Positions 57,469-64,000 of a stretch of 64,000 bases of DNA are shown here, piece after piece; position 1 is the stretch's first letter, and each line of letters starts with the position of its first letter. The notes below the pieces were generated by a model that had not been told where the DNA came from, searched no databases, and saw nothing but the letters and a program-made list of their open reading frames with translations. Where the stretch lies: the NCBI GenBank assembly GCA_964019425.1, contig OZ025783.1, forward strand, positions 1,054,001 through 1,118,000. Direction: 5' to 3'. The translations under genes and the position numbers were made by a program. Origin of the DNA: Flectonema sp. DT1601. Taxonomy: Eukaryota.

Positions 57469-60400
57469 TTTCCGAAGACTCAGTATGGAATGAAGTTTGG
57501 GGATGTAATTTGATACGGTTTAGATAATATTAATGTTATATTCCTCTACATTTCCAAATGGTTAAATTTTTTTTTTTCTTTTTTAAAAACTGACTTATGA
57601 AAGTACTATTTTAAGTATCAATAGTGCAATAGCTAAGATTATCTCAGCCGACGACACTAAAAAAAAAAAAAAAAAAAAAAAAAAATATTAATAAAAAATA
57701 AAAATTATAAATAAATAAAAAAACACAAAAAAATCCATCGCAAGTAAGAGAGGAAGTAGCAGCAGATCATTCAAGACTACTGTATCAGTTTTCCGACAGG
57801 GAAAAGGAATTTTCTTTTTCTTTTAAATTTTTTTTAGTATGTTGCTTATAAATCTTTTAGACAACCAGAAGCAACACATACTATTCGCTAGAAAATATAA
57901 ATATCGTAAAGGTCATATTCCGATACCCACTAAGAGATATTACAAGAGGATCCCAATAGAGTTTATTATTATTTTCAGGCCATCTTTGTCAATTGCAAAA
58001 AAAGTAGGGACAGTGGGAAGTTTCGGACGGTTTTTTTTTTTTTTTTTTTTCCCCCTTAAGATATTGTGATGTAAGTCCATGCAGCCTTGTTCACTTAATG
58101 AAAGGATTTCAGTATCAGAAACAACGTTTTGCAAATATTTCAAGGGACCAAGTGACACAACATACAGAGGCGCGTAAACCTTTGTACAGAGTTTGCCTGT
58201 TCTGCATGTTGCTACACATGGCTTCCTACTGAGGTTTTGCAACTGTTTTTAATAAAACTGAAATGGTTTCCTCCAATGGTCGGCCAGTCGCACAGCAGGG
58301 ACTTCGACATCAATATTCCTTCACACAATACTTGAATGAGTCTCACACGCACACACAGTATGGAAGGTCGCAGTATTTTTTTTTTTAAAAAAGGGAATAT
58401 GTCTCGAGCTGGAGTTCGCCTATCCGCTCTCAGCAGAGAATAGAATCCCGAATCCCAGCAACAACTGAGTAAGGGTTGTGACAACAGCTATCTATTACTT
58501 TTGATAAATAATAAAAGTAGTAATAAGCAGCTACCACTTCCTTTTTCGAAATGTTCGAGACAGGAATACACTAAAGAGTTAGTCACAGCAACTGATGCAT
58601 TCAAATAACGTAATTTGGTTGCACAAAAGTGTGAAATAGACTTTCTACTAACCTCTACTTGTGAGTAAACAACAATTGGTGAGATAACAATGTTCTTCTC
58701 TCAAATAGCTCACAAAATACAATTACTGTTTACAAACGAGAGAGGCTCACATGGTGGAAAGAATCAATATCAGTTCGTAAGAATTATGGCTGAGGTAGTC
58801 GTTAAAGAATACCAACCGGGAGCAAAAAGAGTTCTGTGAACCCTCCGCTAGAGAGGCTTCACGGTGTTAAAGAATTTTTTTTTCTTTCAAAAAAAATATT
58901 TAAAAAAAAAAAAAAAAACAATGAAAATTAAATAAATATAACTCAGATACTAACGTAAGCATAGAGGGATGGGTGATGAAGAAGTAAAAAAGAAACAATA
59001 AGATGAGAAAGGTGGGTGGTAATAAAAAGAACACAGTAGGTTTTCTTTTTTCATCAAAGTTTGCGACCGACCAGCGGGTTTCAGCTGCGACGGTAGGACC
59101 TTCGAGGGCAAGGCATTTGCTCTAAGCAGTAAATTTAGTGTAGACGTGACTAACGACGCTGTTTACTTGAGCTACTGCACTCATGAAACATAGAAAACCC
59201 CACACAAGAAGAGATTGACGAGCAAAAAACAAAAACAAAAATAAAAACAAAAAATAGCTTTTTTTGTTGCGCTTTTTTTTTTTTTTTTTTTTTTTTTCAT
59301 AGTCTTCCCCGGAAATTGTAACTACTAACAACAGAGGGTTAAAAATACAAAAACCCAGAACATTGTAAATACAAAAAAATAAAGTACCTGGTGGTTATCA
59401 AGTTTACTCCTTTTTTTTTCTTCCTTCTTTTTTCTTTTTAACAAGTGCAAAGCATATACTATACTATAACAAAACATTGATAAAGGAAACAAAAACTTAA
59501 AAAGAAACGTAAACAAGTTCGACTACTTACATCACACAGATGATTTGTAAAAAAACTGTTTTATTTATTTAAGTCTGGGAAGCCAATCTCCAAATGCGAA
59601 GATACATTCCTAAAGAAAGTGACCACCAAGACCCACTGCGTACTAAACACAGTGTCAGAGACGGTACTTTTCGCCAACATAGGGAGTACGCGCCACTGGA
59701 TAAATGAGAAATTGCAACTAAAAACAAGCCGCAAACTCCATAAAATCGATTAATGTAATAATATAAGAGACACGGATTTTTTCACACATTTTTTTTCTTT
59801 TTTTTTTTCTGTTAAAAAAATCATAGTAATATATAAACAACACAATTCCGGTTTATAGATCCCATCAGTCCACAACCGTGAGACTCTCACTGGTGATGGA
59901 TTGCTGGCTACCGGAGTTAGTTGTTAATATAACAAGCCGTAATAAAATACGAATAGCTACTCTACTAAAAACTTAATTCAAATTACGTACAAGCAGATAC
60001 ATTCTTTAACGCATCTACCTGTTTGTACTCCACAAAGACGATAAGGGACCTCACACATGCTGGTAAACTACACAATTCAGTGTAGGATAATGCTAGCATG
60101 CACGATTATTAAAAAAAAAGAGAAAAGGAGTACTGGAAAAAAAAAAACACTTAGTAATAAATATAACGCAAAAAAAAACAAAACAACAATTGAATTATCG
60201 ATCTGAGGAACAACAACAGACGCCTTTGAAACGTAGAACAGTGCTTATGGGAAATAGTAGCAATATCTCAATATAAATCCTTCTCTACTACAGCAGCTAC
60301 TTCAAAAGGGCGCTACCAAAGAGTGAACTGCTGTACGACTGCGACTCAGTGACAATAAATTAAAAAAAACAGACAAGAAAATATCAAGAAGGAGGAGAAA

Positions 60401-63306
60401 GAAAACAAGAAAGGGCCAACGACAACCACAGACACCGCGCTCAGCAGTGTAGAGGTGACAGTTTGCCCTCAAGAGGATTTTGTATTGTATGAAAGGTTCA
60501 AACGTCTTGGAAAAGTTAGTGAGTTGATGGCTTACATATTTAACCAAAAGAGGCAGCAAATCGAGGATTGAACGCCATCCCACAATATTCTTATGCAAGA
60601 TTCACAGCTCTCCAGAGACCTAACAATTTACTTTTCGCATTAACCAAAGAGAGAGAATACACAACTGTAAACACTTGTCTATTGACCAAATGACATTAAA
60701 AAAGATAATTAAAAAAAACTATATGAGTTTAACTGCAGGAATCTGTCTAAAAAACGTGGATTTTTTTTATACGAAAAGACGTATTTGTTGGAAGCTAACA
60801 CGAATATATGACAGCTGACAGATAACATCATCGAAAGAAAGAAAAGTTTTTGTAGACTTGCGTCGAGTTTACTTTTCGGCTGAGAAAGCTTAAAAAAGGG
60901 TTTTAAGCAACAATAAGATACCTCAAGGACCGTTATACTCCACTGATGGGAGACAAACACTTTCCGTTGAGGTAGTTATTGTTCTAAGGAAAAACAAATA
61001 AAAAGAATAACTTTGGATACCTGACTTTTTTTTTTTTTTTTTTGTCTATTTTGAAAAATTAAAAAATAAATGACAGAAACAGGAGGACAAGAGAATTATT
61101 AACAAGCAGTTCAGGGATTGCTTTTGAGGAAGCAAAATGAGAATCAACATCCTTGAGAGGTGCGACAACTATCTAGCAAGGGTGCGTATAATAATATCAG
61201 ATTCGGTTTAAAGGAATTCCTTTAATAAAACAAAGGAACGAGAGGAAAAAACTCAACGCCAGATAATTATCAAATCTAAAACTGTTTGCGAACGCAATGC
61301 AGCTCGCAACCAGCAGAAGCCATTGCCACATGGCAGTACTCATAGCGTGTGTAACAAGCGCGACGAATTAGCCCATCAGTCAGCTGAAGACAAATCATTT
61401 TTTATTTTATTTTTTGAAAAAGAGGGAGAAAAATATTCGAACGTTGAAGCCTGTAAGACACAGCTGTAAAATAGGAAAAAAAAGAAATTTTCCCTGCGTA
61501 TTGGAAACTCCACTGGCACAACCTTTAAGGTTTCGACGGCGCATGTGAGGCAAATAGTGATTTCACATAACAACATGCCCCACTGTCCCATCTTCAAAAA
61601 GAAAATCAACATAACAACTTAAATAATAATAATAATAATAAAAATAATAGAAAGAACTACAAGAAGATTCACTGCGATATATGAATAGAAATCTGAGGTC
61701 AACGCGGTGTTTTTCACACCCATCAATAATGAATTACTATCATGCAAGATAAAAAGAGAGAATAAAAACGGCGAGAACAATGTTTTTTTTTTTTTTTTAA
61801 GTTTAGTTTAGTATATGCTTTGCTTTGTCAGTTTTTTTTCTCTTTTTTTTCTTCTTTCAGAAAATTTCCACCAGGTTTCGTTTTTTTTTTTCCTCAAATC
61901 CCCATAGTTTTAGTTTTGCTTTACGCAAAACGAAAGGGGGCCACAATTAAAAAGCTGCTTGTGTCATCCTGAACACTCCCTCTGATACTAGAACACGAAG
62001 AACCCAACCCCCGTTGAAAGTACTAAATTAGAAGCACAACTCTTCCTTCCATTCTGTGAGGAAATTCCTTTTTCCCCTTTTTTTTTTTTTTTCTCCAGAA
62101 AACTAGAACATAACACACCAAGAGAGTGAATTTAAAAATAAAAATAAAAAAGAAGGAAAAAAAAAAAGAAAAAAAAATCATTTCACATCCTTTCACAAAC
62201 AATAAAGATACCTAGAAATCAGATGCAGGAATTATTAACCAAAACTTCAGCCGAGAGTTGCAGACTTCTGAGGTACTGCCCACTCTATTCTACAGGTGCT
62301 ATCTGCCAAAAGGTTTTACATGGGAGGCAGGACAGTATCCTTGCATTCCCTATCTACAGTTTGAGGAATCGTTAAAGGGGGGGCAACAGTCAGATCTCTT
62401 CAAACATGACTAAAGAGAATTCTACTTGATAGGTTACCCAAAACCTTTGAGACTATAAAACATCAAACGGAGTTTAATGTCTAATTCTACTGGGAACGCC
62501 GCGAAGCTAAATCCCTTTTGAGCTTTATTCCATTGAAGAACATGCTGAGGTAAGGTTGTTTTTCTTGTTGTTTGGACTAAGTTGCATTTTCTTTTAAATT
62601 TAAAATCGGAATCACTGACCTAGTCTTGTGTTCCCAACAGAACACGCAAGTGATGAGTAACTGGGAACTCTCTTTTTTAAGTTCTATCCACCGTTCATCG
62701 TTCGTCTTGGTTTGTGAAGAAAAAAAGAAAGAAAAAGAAGAAGAAGAAAAACAAAGACATTAGAAAAAAAAGAGAGAGGGAAATCGTTGTAGCGCAAGGA
62801 AGGGAATTGGGAGAAAATGATGAAAAATTCAAAAAGTTTTTTTTTTTTTTTGGTTTTTTTTTAACACGGTGTGCCTTTTCATTTGTTCGTTTAGCGCAAA
62901 CGTTAAAAGAAAAACACAACTACGAACAGAAGCGATCGTAAAAGTGTATTCTTATCAATTGCGCCTCGAAAAGAGAGTTCAGGGAAGTAGCAGGGCGTAA
63001 TGTGGCACCAGATCCCCGCGAAGGCAGCTGAATTTCGTTATTTTTTTTTCTTGTAGTTAAGTAAAAACACTTCGAGATATCACAAAAAAAATAAGTAAAC
63101 CCAGCAACATGGCAACCACATCCCTATCAGATTCCATTAGCAATGTAATATCAATAAAATTATTTTTTAATTTGGTTGGTTGGAATGTCTTTTTCTGACT
63201 CACGGTACCTTTTTTTTTTTTAAAAACCTAGAAACTATCAGCTTAGTAGCTGAAAAAAGCAAAAAGGCAATCAATTTGGAACCCTGACTTAGATCAGAAA
63301 AGAATT

Positions 63307-63393
63307 TAGTTAGTAATTAGTTATATAATCCAACGTTACTGTATATTATGAGTGCTAGGTAACTCACAGTAACAGAGGACCCAAACCGTAGCC
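63307..63393. repeat. Dispersed hairpin repeat, copy C
   Basis: TAATCCAACGTTACTGTATATTATGAGT...GGTAACTCACAGTAACAGAGGAC. Confidence 0.8.
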
Positions 63394-64000
63394 AATTTGC
63401 AAGCATCATACACACTATTAACAGAAAAAATTACTTTTTTTTTTTTGTATTTAGTGTAAAACCATGGGGGAGAGTAGAAGCAGTAGGAAAAAAATTAAAT
63501 AAATAAACGAAAGTATAAAAAATAGGGGGGTGAAAAAAAAGAGTTGGGAGGTGATTAACTAAAAAAAAAAATAACCTCCAATAGATTTACGGAAAGCCAA
63601 ATACTTTTTTTTTTTTTTTTTTTTTCCCCTACCAAAATAATGTAAGAGAAATGAAGAAGCATTGGGTCACCATGTATGTCAAACTTACACAAGAAAGCCA
63701 CGATAGCATTCGCGGTAAGTGGAAATCAAAACCTCTGAAAACAGGTCATCGTGTCTTAACAATTGTACATTATAGTAGCAATATGTAAAAAAACAAAAAT
63801 AGACCTAATAAGAGTATCACCAGTATGCTCAGAGAACAATAAAATTGCATAGTGTCAACAGAATGCTTCATAAAAACGGAGATTCAATAGTATTTGAGGG
63901 AACAAGGGCAGCGTGATCACATTCGTTAGTAAGCAGATAGATAAAAAACGAACAAGGCAAAAAGAAATTGACTTTTTTTTTGCCTTGCTTAATAATTTCT

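Noticed and set aside
1..64000. Spliced-leader RNA, tRNA or snRNA genes, and non-canonical introns
   Set aside because: No spliced-leader core (TTTCTGTACTTTATTG) or cloverleaf seen by eye, and every intron I could infer is GT-AG. This is not an exhaustive search.

Overview
AT-rich eukaryotic nuclear DNA from a euglenozoan, most likely a diplonemid. The evidence is two euglenozoan-type 18S rRNA fragments, an acylated DUF1935 calpain-like gene, about 21 protein genes all on the minus strand, and canonical GT-AG introns. The most notable structure is a tandem snoRNA array at 35.1-36.7 kb, inside a 1.8-kb intron of a coiled-coil protein gene. It has a 514-bp period and carries 7 copies of a single-hairpin AGA-box pseudouridylation guide and 3 copies of a box C/D guide. 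The C/D guide matches the conserved LSU motif GUCUUGAAACAC. The AGA guide's predicted 18S target can be read in the orphan 18S fragment at 56.6 kb. Also present: a Mutator-like MITE with a 9-bp target-site duplication plus a one-ended copy, an Hsp70 with a frame-scrambled linker and no lid, several unusual domain fusions, a bacterial-type oxidoreductase, and dispersed hairpin repeats in the ORF-free last 8 kb. All protein and RNA family calls are by eye from motifs; no searches were run.
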